This document shows, piece by piece, positions 12,381 through 25,398 of a stretch of DNA of 33,760 nucleotides (position 1 is its first letter; the number at the start of each line of letters is the position of its first letter). This DNA comes from Lama guanicoe. Taxonomy: Eukaryota. Made by a program: the position numbers and the translations under genes. The notes under the pieces are model-generated. The model searched no databases. It was not told the origin of the DNA and was given only the letters and a program-made list of their open reading frames with translations. The stretch is taken from positions 9,708,675 to 9,742,434 of the forward strand of contig MU056000.1 in assembly GCA_013239625.1 (NCBI GenBank), given 5' to 3'.

Positions 12381-12889
12381 GCAACAGCTGGGACGTACTA
12401 TGTGTACGTGCCTCTGTGTCTTTGCAGAAAGATGTAACATGAACTGGAGAAACCTAGATGACTGACTTCAACTTGTGGCACAGTTGAGACCCCTTCAAAG
12501 CCACGTGATTACCTGCTAGGGTGATAAAGCCAGGAGAGCACCCCAGATGCCCAGGCTCCTAGCTCACTGCCTTTTACCGGAGCCCATGTGCCTCCCTGGT
12601 GGGCAGGGAGTAACCATCTTTAACCTGCAGCATGGGGGAGGAAGCCATCGGGAGCAACAGCCCTCATCCACACAGGGCAGAGGCCTTTACTGTGTCTACT
12701 TCACCATGCACCTGAGAAAAATAAATCCATGACTCCAAAATGCAAAGGAGCTGTCCTCATTTTCAATTTAGCCTTTATTTTCAAGCTTGTCCCTAAACGC
12801 ATAGTCCTGAGTTGAACACTACCACGGGAACTCCCAGCAGCCTGCATTCATCCCACAGCAGACAAAGGTGATTCTGATACCAGCTTCGG

Positions 12890-13060
12890 CAGCCAGGAAT
12901 CATAGGCAAAGTACACAACATCTCTAAACCCTGATTTCCCCACCTGCAAAATAGGCATGCTATATTTTACAGAGCTGTTGTAAAGATTAAGTAAGTTAAA
13001 ACATATGAATGCCTGACATAGTATACTGCCTAGAATGCAGTAGATACCCGAGATGTGTTA
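12890..13060. mobile_element. MIR SINE (opposite orientation to the 12150 copy)
   Basis: TTTCCCCACCTGCAAAATAGG...ACAGAGCTGTTGTAAAGATTAAGTAAG...TGCCTGACATAGTA. Confidence 0.7.
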
Positions 13061-14892
13061 GATTTCTCCTCTCTCTCTCACTATACACACAAACTCACAC
13101 ACACGTGCACATGTGCACAGACCACTTACCTTTTCACTAAAACAAACTGCCCAGACTCAGGTTCCCCATGACTTTGTTAACAGAGTTCCAGGTTTACAAA
13201 CTCAAAGTGGATGAAATGCTGTGGGACTCAGGAGTCAGGAGAGCTCCAGCCCCAGGTCACTGCACCGACCTATTCCCACTCCCAGCCCCACATCTGCACA
13301 GTGCTGGATTAGGGTGGGTCACAGGGCATTCTTAGAAACATCTTTTCTCCTGCAGGAAATATTCTCATTAGCTGTAGGGACCCTGAGATCCTTCTCATCC
13401 TACTTGGCAACCAGAGGTACATTTAAGTCTTGCTTTGTTGCCCTAAAGGTTCTAATCACTGGCTTCTCATCACATGGGCTACAGCGCTGTAAAGTTATTA
13501 GAAGCATCATTCTCTCCATAGACTAAATCTGTAACGAGATGTATCTTTCCTATAGCTGCCTCTTTCTCTTAACTTCCTTTGAGAACACAGGATCTAGAGT
13601 AGATGGCTTTACCCTCTTAGAGAATTTCGTACTATTTGGGTGACTCTCCATGACAACCTAACAAGAAGCATAAATAAAATAAACATTTGGGGATATATCA
13701 CTCAATTTTTTAGAGCTGAAATAAATATCCAGACTTCCTTTTGAAAACAAATAAACCAGTCCTGTATGTAAAATTCAACAGTGAATTATTTAAACTGAAA
13801 TTGCCCTTCACCTTAACACAAAAAATAATTCACCATAAGAATTTTAATTTTAAAACACTATAACTTTACTTTAGTTGATAACAACATATATATCTCTTTC
13901 TCTCAATTAGAGCCCTATTTAATCATAAAAGTTGAATGAAAATTAAATTTACAGGATGCAAAGAGCAATGGAATGTTAGTTTTCCGTCACTAACAAAACA
14001 CCTGCTCCAACCACAAAGCTATTTGGCAAAAAGTTTCCACCAACTTCTATTGAAATCAAAAAATGAATAAAGCACTATAGTTTTTCTTTACTTTCTTTTC
14101 AGCACCTTGAAATTAGTAGGTCCTTTTTCCTTTACATATTTTTACTTCCTCCCTTACCTGCAGCTAATGAGCATCACCGCTGACTAATGCCCAGCAGGGT
14201 AAGAACAGTTCATCCATAAAAATCTGTCCTTATATAATAAAGGATGGCCTCTATGATAAAATTGTTATGTTATTCCTACCATGCTGAGATGCTCAAAGCT
14301 ATATAGCCATGGATTTTAACAATTTAGTCACAAGAAATTAAAAAACAAAACAAAACATCTAAGTGAACGTGAGAAAGATTTTTCTTTTGCTTTATAAGGG
14401 AAACATTTCTGCAACAATGTTGACTAGATGCAACAAAATCTCTAAAATATTACTTCTGGCTAAAAGAACACTTGATTATTATTTCTATAAAACAATCACT
14501 TCCCTGGGACTTCACACCACCCTGGGGACTAATAAACATGAAGCCACAGGACGCATGCTTGCCTAAGCCCAGGCAGACACTTGGATCCTTTCAGACTCAA
14601 CTGGGCATGTAAGGAGGGACACCTTGTACCACGAGGGATGCTGACCATCCTCACATCTCTCTTCGGATGCTGAGCTCCCTTCATGGGCCCCCCTTCCTTG
14701 CACACCATCTTTCTGTTCCTCAAGCACAGCATATCCACTGCTACCTCTTGCCTCCACACCCTTGCCTTTGATCCTGGATGTTAGTTCGACGTGCGATGTT
14801 CTCTCTGAACCCCTGAATTCTCTCACTCCCTGGAACACCACGGGTGTGTGTTCTTTACAGAAACAAAAACTGTGAAATTGGTATGTTCATTT

Positions 14893-15522
14893 ACAATCTA
14901 GCCTGTTTACACTATTTATGGGGCTTATGTATTGATAGTCTCATGAAATCTGAATTTCCAACTGCTCCTAGGGGAAATGTAGGGTCAGGTTCCAGTGAGA
15001 GGTTGGTCACAGAATTTCTACCAACCCATCAATACATAACCTTGCTGTATGTGTGTTTCTGTTTAAAGATACCTTTCTAATATGCACTGTTGATTCATTA
15101 ACACTGAAGTCAAGGCCAACAGCACTGTAACTCATGCCTGAACAAAGCTGTCTAACCCTTGTCTTCTCTCCATAGGGCACATCACCGCCTCTTGAGCTTA
15201 GGAACAGTAGACAGCACTTCAGGACTACACTTGGGGGGCATTTTAAACAATGAAAAGTAGAAAAACGTGAAAAACATGGCACTAAATAGACCATGACAAG
15301 GACTCTTGTTTACAGTCTGAGCTGACACTAAAAGACAGAGCACAGGTTGGTTCAGCCTCAGCTGGGAGCACACATGTTGTGAGGCTCAAATTGTTTGCTG
15401 CTTTGTCCATGTCTGTGAATGACCATGAAAGTGCCACAAACATCGATCTAGGATTACAAATAAATTTTAGCACGTGGGCGAATTCATAAATACAGAATCC
15501 TTGAGTAGAAAGGATTGACTAC
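14893..15522 (-). mobile_element. MER82 (TcMar-Tigger) non-autonomous DNA transposon, near full length
   Basis: TGCTCCTAGGGGAAAT, CAGCACTGTAACTCATGCCTGAAC, GGCACTAAATAGACC and TTACAAATAAATTTTAGCA match the recalled MER82 reverse complement. Left boundary approximate. Confidence 0.8.
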
Positions 15523-15759
15523 ATTTGCTTTCTTTTTTGGCTACCCTGCCCTCTTTGTGCTCCATGCAAACAGGGGTCCTGCCTGGCCTTTTCTCATTGC
15601 TGCATCCCCAGAAACAGAGTCATGTGTGTCAGATGGTCAATACCAGACACGTGTTCATTGGATGACCTAGTGAGCTGAAGCTAGTTCCTCCTCCAAGAAA
15701 AGTCTAACTCTAACGCCCCATCATGCCCATTCTTCTCCTCCAAAGCACATCCCAGAGGC

Positions 15760-16000
15760 AGTCGCCACCAGCCTCCTAGGCCTGGTTATGCTCTTCTTCC
15801 AAATGGCCTAAGTAAGCATCCTGAGAGTGTCTTTATCACAGCAGGTATCATATTCTATTTAAATTATTCACTTACTTATCAGTTTCCCTCAGGAGACAGT
15901 GAGTCCTTTGTGGGCATGACCTGGTTCACAATTATCTTTGTCTCTTATACCTAAGGTTGTGGTTGAGATATATTAGGCATCCAGCAAGTACGTGCTTAAA
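15760..16000. mobile_element. LINE-2 3' fragment
   Basis: AGACAGTGAGTCCTTTGTGGGCATGACC...TTATCTTTGTCTC...TAGGCATCCAGCAAGTACGTG resembles an L2 3' end. Confidence 0.5.
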
Positions 16001-16189
16001 AAATAAATACCCAAAGTTTATAAACTCTCTTCCCTTGACACATTTACAAATGTGACATTTATCTAAGGGATGGAGATATTAAAAGCTATCTCTTAAAGAA
16101 ATACTATTTTAGCCCTTGTTTAAAGAAAAATATTTTGTGTTTCTGTTGTAAAATTAGTACTTCCTTGGGATACACTGTCATGGACACCT

Positions 16190-16300
16190 CCTGAGCTGAT
16201 GGCTTACGGCGATCATCTCACTATGTATATGCATATCAAATTACCATGTTGTACACCTTAAGTGTATGTGATTTTTCTTTAAAAAGAAAAGTAAATACAT
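16190..16300 (+). mobile_element. LINE-1 extreme 3' end fragment (L1M)
   Basis: GATCATCTCACTATGTATATGCATATCAAATTACCATGTTGTACACCTTAA followed by an A-rich tail. Confidence 0.7.
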
Positions 16301-17071
16301 TTTTTTAAAGTGAAATGAACAGAGAATCTTCTCATGTGCTGAACAGTGGTTACTGCGGAGGAGTTGTTAGCTGAGCGAAATGCAAACAACGAAAGCCTCT
16401 AGAAAACATCAAACCAACAATGGAAAATAGTTTAAGAATTTCTAGGTTTGTTGAATAGAGCTTTGATAACTTTGTCAAAGTATTCTGCTTTGACATGTGT
16501 ACTTCACAGAAGCGTTATCACATTCACAGGCTATAATGCGAACCCAGCATTTTACCATTGGCTCCTGGGTGAAGCTGAATGCCCCTGAACTCAGTCTGGA
16601 TTTCATAACCTGGCTTAAATCTCCAAGCGAAGCCACTCACCTCCAGCAGCCCTGTGCAGTGCTGCCTGGAAAGCCTTCTTTCTACCACTTGCCATCTTCA
16701 TCACATCCATCCTTCCAAGCCCATCCAGGCCCAAGTGCCCCTGATGACTTGATGCCACTGTTACCTCACCCTCCTTTCTCACCACTCACTAGCTATTCCA
16801 AACACTTGTTTCTTGTCTCATCAGCTAACACTTCATGAATATCCATATATATTAGATAGGCAAGAACTATCTGGAACCAGTGCCTCCCAGTAGCACTCAA
16901 GAAAGGCCCTTGTGGTCAGTAGGCACTCAGTAAACACAGACATGAATGTGAAGCCAGTTGATAAAACAGTAGAACCCTTATCACATGATAACAAAAGTAA
17001 CAAGATCCTGTGTTTATAATGTCACCCAACCCGATAATATGAACCATCCCTGAACATACAAGATCACTTAC

Positions 17072-17303
17072 TGTTGTTTTCGGCATAAATCCTTATGACA
17101 GGCATTAACTCAAAGAGCACTTTTGGTTTGGACTCAGTGAGTTTCATGTTTCTTTTGTCCCAGCCAGCACCTTCAAGATACAAGCCGTAGACGTAGACAC
17201 CCTCTGTGGGAGGGGCAGAAATGTCATCCTTCATCCACTTGGTGACTTCGTTGCAAAGCACCATATTGTCCAGGGCCCAGCCTTTGTTAGCCCGAGTTAT
17301 TTC
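17072..17303 (-). CDS. DNAH5: DNAH5 penultimate coding exon (232 nt): [12 protein letters not shown]...[16 protein letters not shown]...YAENN
   Basis: Acceptor CTGAGTAG|GAA, donor AACA|GTAAGT. [15 protein letters not shown] C-terminal domain motif. Confidence 0.96.
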
Positions 17304-17718
17304 CTACTCAGGGCAAGACCAAAGCAAAGGATTAAACCAGCGACTAGAGATTTGTCTTAATAGAAGGAGCATAACTCTGATGACAGTGCAGCCCCAAATT
17401 ATCCAAATTCAAAGGAAATAGGATAGTATATTTAAAGTTTTAAAAGACTCTCTCATAAGCAATACCCATGTCCTAATTTAACCACTTGTACTTTTAAAAG
17501 AAATATCAAATCAAATATAAAAAGAACAAATATTTTGAAATCCAAGCTAGCAGCCTGAAAACAAGTTGCTGGATTTACATTCAGGACAAAGTAATTGCTG
17601 GTAACAAAAAGAGACGATCATTCTCTGTCTTGTTATACTCTTTAAAACCACAATAAAAGAAGAAAGCCTTGTAGAGGCAAATTATAGTAACGCAACAGGT
17701 GCAAATCAGAGCTATTAC

Positions 17719-17871
17719 CTGTCGCATTGCAGTTAAAAATCCCTGGGGGTTGAAAAAGCCTGTCATCCAGAAGCAGTGGGGTCGGCCATTGAAAACCCAA
17801 GAGGTGAACTGGCTGTTTCTTTCTATAAGTTCAGTAAACCAGAAACCCAATGTACTTGAAACCCAAGACAC
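17719..17871 (-). CDS. DNAH5: DNAH5 coding exon (153 nt): [15 protein letters not shown]...[18 protein letters not shown]
   Basis: Acceptor CCTTTCAG|GTG, donor CAG|GTAATA. [15 protein letters not shown] motif. Confidence 0.96.
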
Positions 17872-19699
17872 CTGAAAGGCATACATTGAAACAGTGGATT
17901 AAGGCAGGTTTAATTCTGCTATGTAATTGGCTTATGTTCACAGAAAGAAAAAAAAAAGATGAAATATCAGTTTCACTCTTAGAATTCAGAAGTCCCTAGG
18001 ACATCAATTTCCCCTGGGTTCTGACATTTAAGTTTTCAAATTTTTCTTCATCCTTAATGATATGAAGATATGATAGAATAGTTAATCACCCCATGACTAC
18101 AAGATCAAGCTAACTTGGCACACTGTTCAAGACAGCTGAGGTCAGTAGACTCACCCTCTGCATACGAATACAGTCATGACCGGTTCAGCTGTGAAGCAAT
18201 TAGAACCCTTAATGGAATTAAATTTAACAGGTTTCAACTATTTTTTTCCTTAGGCTACATTTTCAATAGACACATCATAAAACAGGATTTCTATTTACAT
18301 ACATGTCCTCATGGCCTCATCAGCACTTTAAAATACATTCTGCGAGTGGTTAAGTTGTAGAAGCCTTTCTCCACTTATCATTTTTAATGAGGAAAACACT
18401 AGTTATTTTCTGAAGTTTTTGTCCCTTACCATGCACTTTTATTTCCCCTGATGCAGGACTAGAAATAGAAACACAGGTCTCTTTACCACCAACAAATTAG
18501 CTGCATTCATTGCCTGTAACATTCTGCCTGAATTCACATGTGGAATGCTATTTTTGGCACAGACGTGTCATTAATTCTATCAATAGCCACGCTAGTAGGT
18601 ATCTCTAAATCATATTTTATACCATGTTATTGTAACTGCAATATTTTACGTGTGAATAAAAGTAGGGATCAATCTGGATAGATTAAACCACTTGAATTTC
18701 AGGTATCTAAAGAACTCTCTTTCAAGAGACACTGAAATTCCCAAAGACTGATAATAAATTGAGTAGAATAAAAACCTGTAATAAAAAGATCTTAATTTAA
18801 AAATGAGACAACTCATTCTATCATAACTTCAGAGACATGTTAACTGAAAGAGATGTTTATACATTTGATCTGAGGGCACAGGGAAGCATTCATGAGAGGA
18901 TGTCTCCTGGCAAGGACCCCTGTTCCAAGGTCTCCAGGTGCTGACCACGCTGGGTGAGCTGGTTGACTGCGGAGTGAACCTGCAATGGCCAGTGACCAGG
19001 TAGGTTCCTTCTGGCTTTGGCAATAAATTTTCTGAAGGTGAGAAGAGAAAGGGGTCTGGTCAAAGCTGATTCTGAGTTTCTAAGCTGTGTGACTAGAGGG
19101 ATGGGCGGTGGTGTGTCAAATAATTTGGAGAAGACAGTGGGAGAGCATTCCCCAGTTACTATAACTGCCGTCAGGACCCACTGCCATGGAATCTGCCGGA
19201 GCTCTGGGGGAGGCATCAGAATCTCAGCACTAAGGGAGTCTCTTCTGAGAGACTATCAGTTCTAACCCCATCCTGTCTCTCCTTCCCATCTACCTGAGTA
19301 ACTTCCAGAAGATTCCAGCCACCCCAGGACCCAATCTCATCTCTATACGCTGCCATCCACGGATAAATCTGAGCCCTCCCACCCTCCCAAGTCTTTCCAC
19401 TGGACACTCAGCATCCTCAGTGCCGTGATCAGGAAGCTCCTCTGCAAAGACACTCAGGTACTCGTTTTTCTTTTCCAACTAGAAAATTATGTCCTAATGC
19501 CGCACCTGTCATTTAGCACAATTACCAACACATAATCAGTAAGCATGCTATCAAGTTATTATTGTGTTATCTTGAGAGATACACACTCACATATTTACAG
19601 ACAGAGTAAGGAAAAATGTTCCTCTATGGTATGACTTTTGATATATGTGTGTGTGTAGGAATAGTCCCTTCTATACCACTAACATCATAAGCTTTAAGT

Positions 19700-19895
19700 C
19701 CGTGAGCTTGGGCTACAATTCTGATTGTTTGACTTCTTAGGTGTGTGATCGTGATCTGGGGAAAAGATTTAACTTCTCCCAAACTCAACTTCCTCACCTG
19801 CAAAATGAGAGTACTAAATTGCAAGATTTAAATGAAATAATGCATGTAAATTGCCTAGCAGAGCGCCTGAGATATGAGAGATGCTAAGTAATTTC
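19700..19895. mobile_element. MIR SINE
   Basis: CTCAACTTCCTCACCTGCAAAATGAG...GATTTAAATGAAATAATGCATGTAAA...CCTAGCAGAGCGCCTG. Confidence 0.8.
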
Positions 19896-20055
19896 CTTCC
19901 CTACATACAATCTAAAAATACAGAGCTGGAGGGGATTAGCCCCTAAGCAAAAGAACGCTCTTAAGTACATTATCCTTACAGGCTTTCCACTTGCCAATTA
20001 CAACTGTGCACAACAATAAAGTGATTAGGCACAACACGGAGCAGCTTAAACATAC

Positions 20056-20268
20056 TTTTTTCCACCCAGCAGGAATTCTGGCGTCAAACATGCAATTCAG
20101 TGCATCTCGTAAATTTTCACTCATAATGATGGTGCCGTCAATGGCAAGTTTCAGTTCAGTCAGGGTGCTTCGGACAAGGATGAGTACCCGTTGCATTCTG
20201 TCTATCTCCTGTCTGAGGAAAATGTTCATCGGCTGGAAAGGCCCCATCTTCTGCAGCCTCTCTTTTAC
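20056..20268 (-). CDS. DNAH5: DNAH5 coding exon (213 nt): [26 protein letters not shown]...IPAGWKK
   Basis: Acceptor CATGGCAG|GTA, donor [17 protein letters not shown] and [10 protein letters not shown] motifs. Confidence 0.96.
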
Positions 20269-21878
20269 CTGCCATGGAAACGGACATCCAGCACATAAAA
20301 AATTAGACGGCTACTAATATATATGTAACTAGTGCCCTGGAGCTTCTGAAAGGGCCCACAATTTTATAATTCCATATATAGGAAACTTTTTTTTTTCACT
20401 GCCAGGAAACCAAGAAGAAATTTTAAAAAGAAACGTCTATTAGATGACCAGCTGATTTTTCATCCCAGGTGGGAGAGAACAGGCAGCCATTAATTCACAG
20501 AAAAATCTAAAAGGCATGGTCACAACCACACAACCTTCCAAACGGCAACTGCACTGCCTGGGAAATATTCACTTACTGCCAATCTAAGACCCGCAAACAC
20601 ATACCACACGGACACACACGAACACACACGAACACACGGACATGGGCACACACAGACGTGTGTGCCCATACACAACCATCATGTTATCTGTCTCAAAAAA
20701 AAAACAAAACTAGACTTCTGTTTTAAAGCTTTCTGTCTTTTCCATCAAAGGATTTATCCATCCATCCATCCACCCATTCATCTCCATCTCATAAGGATAT
20801 ATTAGAGTCTTTGGTGGGTCAGATATGATGCCAGACTGAGTTGCTTTATCCTAAGGAAATTCATCAAGAGGAAGGAGACTCTTCTAAACCCCATACTTAC
20901 CATGTTTATTTAGGTAATTATCAGTATATCTTGGCATTTTTATTGCTTTAAAAATATTTCGACCCCTGTTAGACATGAATGACTGCTTTTCTGATACTGT
21001 AATGAACGGGCTCATGAAGGCTGATAGCAGTATTGATTTTCTCCAAGCAAGTGATCAGAGTTTCTTCCAGGGGAAATTATTCCCTTGAGTTCAGTCTACA
21101 GTACCAGCAGCCAAAATGACCTGTTTCATGGAAAATAACAGGATGCTGAAGAAACAAAATGCTAGAGGTTTTCTTTTGAAAACCAGCTAGAAAGGGCAAT
21201 ATTTAAAAAACGATTGCTCTGTGACAAAAAATGTCTTTCACTCCGTCCAGGTCATTTCTTAAGTAAGCCACTTACTTTTGCTTTTATCAAAGATTTAAAC
21301 ATGTTATCAGGGTAAATCTTTTCACAGTATTTGCTAAAATGTCTCAAAAATTAACTTTCATAATTAACAGTTTTGCTTAGAAGTTACTTGCATAGTAAAA
21401 AGACAAATCCGTTCTCAAAAGCCGTGAGATGCGGAAGCTGCAGAGTTAATGATATAACTACAGACTCCATGAAATTAAGAAGGCCTGAATTTTAGGGTGC
21501 GCATTAAATTGCAAAACACTTTTTAAACACTCCTCGCTTTACTCTAAGAATACATTATTTTCCTTCGAACAGATGATAATCTGAAGTACCTCAAGGGAAG
21601 GTTCTAAAAAAGGAGTCCTAACCCGTCAGCACACACTTGCAATTTAGTTATGAAATTAACATTCTCATCAGGTTTCTTTATTGTTTGTATCTTGAAATGA
21701 TTACACTTTCAGATTCAAAAATGTCTTTTTCTGGTTCTTCAGGAAGTGAGGTTTTTGAAGGACTTTTTAAATTTCAGAAAAATTATTCTTTGCCCTCCTC
21801 CCTTCATTCCCAGTACCGCCCCCGCCCCCGCCAACCAGACAGCCACAGCAACGTTTTGTCAGGATGACGTCAACTCAC

Positions 21879-22094
21879 TTCAAATGGACCATAGCCGGGG
21901 GGCAGCTTTTCTAGCATATCATCAGCCAGCCGGGCCACCACCGCCTCCCTGGTCTCGTCCCCGCCACCAGAGCTGTCCTTGGGCTGGATGCCCAGGATGG
22001 TGTCCAGCACATCCTTGGCCAGCTTGCTCTGGTAGGTGATGTCAGCGTTGGGGTGCAGTCCAAACACCTCGGGACTGTCGTAAGTGGGCAAACT
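21879..22094 (-). CDS. DNAH5: DNAH5 coding exon (216 nt): [22 protein letters not shown]...LPPGYGPFE
   Basis: Acceptor TTGTTCAG|AGT, donor [19 protein letters not shown] motif. Confidence 0.96.
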
Positions 22095-23184
22095 CTGAAC
22101 AACAAATACCCCAGGTAAGCACAGACTGCTGACCCAAGCACCAGTTCCGTGACGCTGTCTTAGGAAATCAACATGCTTGTATTAGGACAAGCATTTACAT
22201 GACACGCCTTATTTGTGGCAGGCCACAATCAATAATCTCTACGGGAAAGCATCAGAAGTTGCCAAGAAGAAAATTAACACATAGACTCACACCTCTTTAA
22301 CGTCTGCCCCTCAAGCAAATTTAATCAGAGACACGATCTTGTTTTATAACATGTTTGTGAGATGGGAAGGGAACTATAGACTGGTATTTTGCTTTCTGAA
22401 GGTCTCATCTAATTCAAACCAATTTTTTAAATAAATGGTGTATAACTAATGGTTACTAAAAATGACAGTTTTAGCAATGATGGCCCAAAACAGACCAGAG
22501 GTAAGAAATGGATTCTCCCAAGGAGAAAGACAGAGACTAGGAAAAGCGGGAACTATTGAAAGAGCAACAGAGTTAGAAAAACAGACAGCAGGAGACAAGG
22601 AGAAACACAGCTAGCAGGTAAACAGTCCCTCAGCTACTTGAAGAAACTTTTTCCTACAATTTGACATACATTTATTTCTGTGTGTGAATTGTATCCCTAA
22701 CTTTATTCATGTTTTCCCTCCCTTCTAGTGCATGATTTTATTCCTTTTTACATAATGCCTTCTTATGAGTTACCTAAAATTCATTGTGAAATGAGGAGTA
22801 TAAAAACAAATATATGTACAGGCAGATCTAAATTTATACCTTCAAAGGCACTTCTCCTATTCAGAGCTAATGATTTAGAGACGCATCTAGTATGGTTAAG
22901 ACAAATATATTTGTAGATTTGAATTAATAAAAGTGTAGGGGTGGTAATATGTGATAAACTCATTACACTCATATATCACAGAAACCTCTAAATGTACTGA
23001 TAAATTTAGCTCTCTGGGGCTCTTGTGTTTTAGTTTGTTCACCTGAGATAAATCTTAGGGGCATAAGAGATCACTAGATAGTGATCTAATGAATTCAAGG
23101 TATAGAGACAGAAAATGTAGTTACCTTGGAGCACAAATCAGATATTTTCTCAAATTTCTTGTCAAAATCTTATTCCTTCTTAGA

Positions 23185-23398
23185 GGAGTGCTTCTCAGTC
23201 GGAGGTGATTTTGCCCCCCACCAAGGACATTTGGCGATGTCTGGAGGTGTCTTAGGTTGTCACAACCAGGTAGGGAGTGTTACTGACGCCTAGTAGGTAG
23301 AGGCCGGGGATTCTGCTGACCGATCTACACAGGACAGCCCCCACTGCGAGGAGGTACCCAGCTCTGAATGTCAACGGTGCCGAGGCTGAGACATTCAA
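23185..23398 (+). mobile_element. MER20 hAT-Charlie DNA transposon (second copy)
   Basis: GGTGATTTTGCCCCCC...GGACATTTGGCGATGTCTGGAG...GGTTGTCACAAC...TAGAGGCCGGGGAT...AATGTCAACGGTGCCGAGGCTGAGA. Confidence 0.85.
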
Positions 23399-23888
23399 TC
23401 TTACAGGAAGCTCTTATACAGAATGTGTTCCCAGACATACTCAGATGCTCTTCATTAGGCTAAGATTAAGGAACGGATGTTGCGGGATAAGAGAAGTGGG
23501 TAGAGAGTTGAGTCTAGAGGCTGTCTTTGCAACCTCAGGTAGCTGAAGTCTCACAGGGAGAGCACCCCAGGGGACTTGTGTAGGTTCCCTGGTTCCAAAT
23601 CTGCTCAATCTGTCATCTCCCCAAAGGATATTCCTCATCGAGGCATTAAAAGAGAAGGGAAGGAGGGAACTCACGCAAAACACACACTGAGAACAAACAT
23701 AAATATTTTAATTATAAAATGAATATAAACATGAAGAAAGAAACTGTGGTGCTTGAGACCTTCCACGTCCAGTATGTATCACTATTAAAATGTATGCTTA
23801 AAGAAATACATGTAGTATAAATAAATATCAAAGAAGTCAACTGGCCGTAGACATTTGCCCTGTGCATAAAGTTCTGAAGATGACAAAC

Positions 23889-24092
23889 CTGGATATAGTG
23901 AAGATAGTTGTCCACCGTGCTGCATTTTGGAATATTATATCCTTGGTAAAAATTGAAATCTGCTCCAAACATACTTTCACTGAACCAAACCTTAGCAAGT
24001 GTGTTCAGCAATCTCTTGTCGTAGTTATCAGTGACTCTGCCTCCATACTGGATCTCTCCTATCATGTAGCGGACAGTGGTCCAGGAGACACC
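23889..24092 (-). CDS. DNAH5: DNAH5 coding exon (204 nt): [29 protein letters not shown]...YLHYIQ
   Basis: Acceptor TTCCTCAG|GGT, donor CAG|GTTTGT. YGGRVTD motif. Confidence 0.96.
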
Positions 24093-24732
24093 CTGAGGAA
24101 ATTTGTAGAATAATTGTGCAAAACTGACCGCTGTCTCATCCCCATTTGCCCCACCACGTAACATCCATATGCTCTTTGTCATCAATGTCATTAACTCTTC
24201 ATTCATTCAGTCATTCCTCAGTAATGTGAAAAGTGCAGAAAGAAAATTAAATAGGCAAACATGAGAGGTCACTCAGTGCTCACGATTATGATTTGAAATA
24301 GATTCTCTTGGTGCATTTACACGTTATCATATTTTAATTTCAGCAGAAAAAAATGTTTCTTTTTAAATTTGGGGGCCATTCTTTAAATATTACACCCTTC
24401 AAAAGTGATCTAGACTCTGACTTTCAGTGTTCAGGTCTTTAAGAAACAAGTTTCCTTACCCACTCCCTCCTCCCTCCAACAGATCCCGGCAGGTTGTCTA
24501 TATACATAATGTCAACTTGCCTTTGAGAAGTAAAAAGATAATCAAAACTTGTCCATTTTCCCCCCTGAAATCAAGAGGTTAGTGTGACCCATGTTGCTAT
24601 GACTTAAAAAGAATGACTTTGCAAGCACAGAAAATCATCATTCTTACAGGATTTACCCCAAGGCTGGGCAGTCTTAGCTCGAGGACCCAAGCCCACAGTC
24701 ACCAGTGGCATGAAGCAGTGTGCACACAGTAC

Positions 24733-24938
24733 CTTTTTGAGATCCATGTCATCTAGGTGGTTTTGGATGAACTGCACCGTGGCGTTAAAGTCGGCTTGGT
24801 TAAATTCATAGGGGATGTTCCAGCCCAGGGGGCCGAACTTGCGCCGCTCCTGGACCGTGGAGTGGAGGAAAGCCACGGCGTACAGCAGGGGCTTCCACTG
24901 GGCCACGGCGCTCACATCCAGCAGGTCTTGGCTCACGC
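24733..24938 (-). CDS. DNAH5: DNAH5 coding exon (206 nt): (G)VSQDLLD...[22 protein letters not shown]...DMDLKK
   Basis: Acceptor CCCCCACAG|GC, donor AAG|GTACTG. Hallmark [17 protein letters not shown] motif. Confidence 0.96.
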
Positions 24939-25398
24939 CTGTGGGGGTCCGTTGGGTGAAAAACTGTATCATCTCTCCAACATCTTTATTTTCTACTACT
25001 TTTATAAGTTATTAGTTATTTTTGTAAATTCTTGATATGAAACTTCACTGAGCTTGAATTATTTTGATCATATTCATATGACAATTATGATTTCACTTTT
25101 GGGTATCCAGAGGGCATTTCCCTCGGAAACATATGCAAAGAGACTTGAGGGGAGTGGGGGATTGCTAACATGGACCAAGTTCCTGTCAACCTACCAAAAT
25201 AATATGGAGATAAAATAGAAGTGGAAGAATCATGGCAGTAAAATAAGTACTATGACTATTACTACTACTAATAATAATAATGCTTATTGTTGTTGTTATT
25301 ACTATCGGGGGCCATGTACACAGGTTGCAATGGCTCCAATAAACTCTATTAACAATTTAATATTAATTAAAATAGTGTATGTAGAAGCCCGTTGCTAT

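Noticed and set aside
259..16838. Numerous 60-140 aa ORFs in intergenic, UTR and intronic DNA
   Set aside because: No protein motifs or coherent splice structure, many have non-ATG starts, and many overlap repeats.
24001..24035. TDNYD and NTLAK versus recalled human TDDYD and NTFAK, as possible loss of function
   Set aside because: The position after TD varies among dyneins, and all frames, splice sites and the stop are intact; no sign of pseudogenisation.
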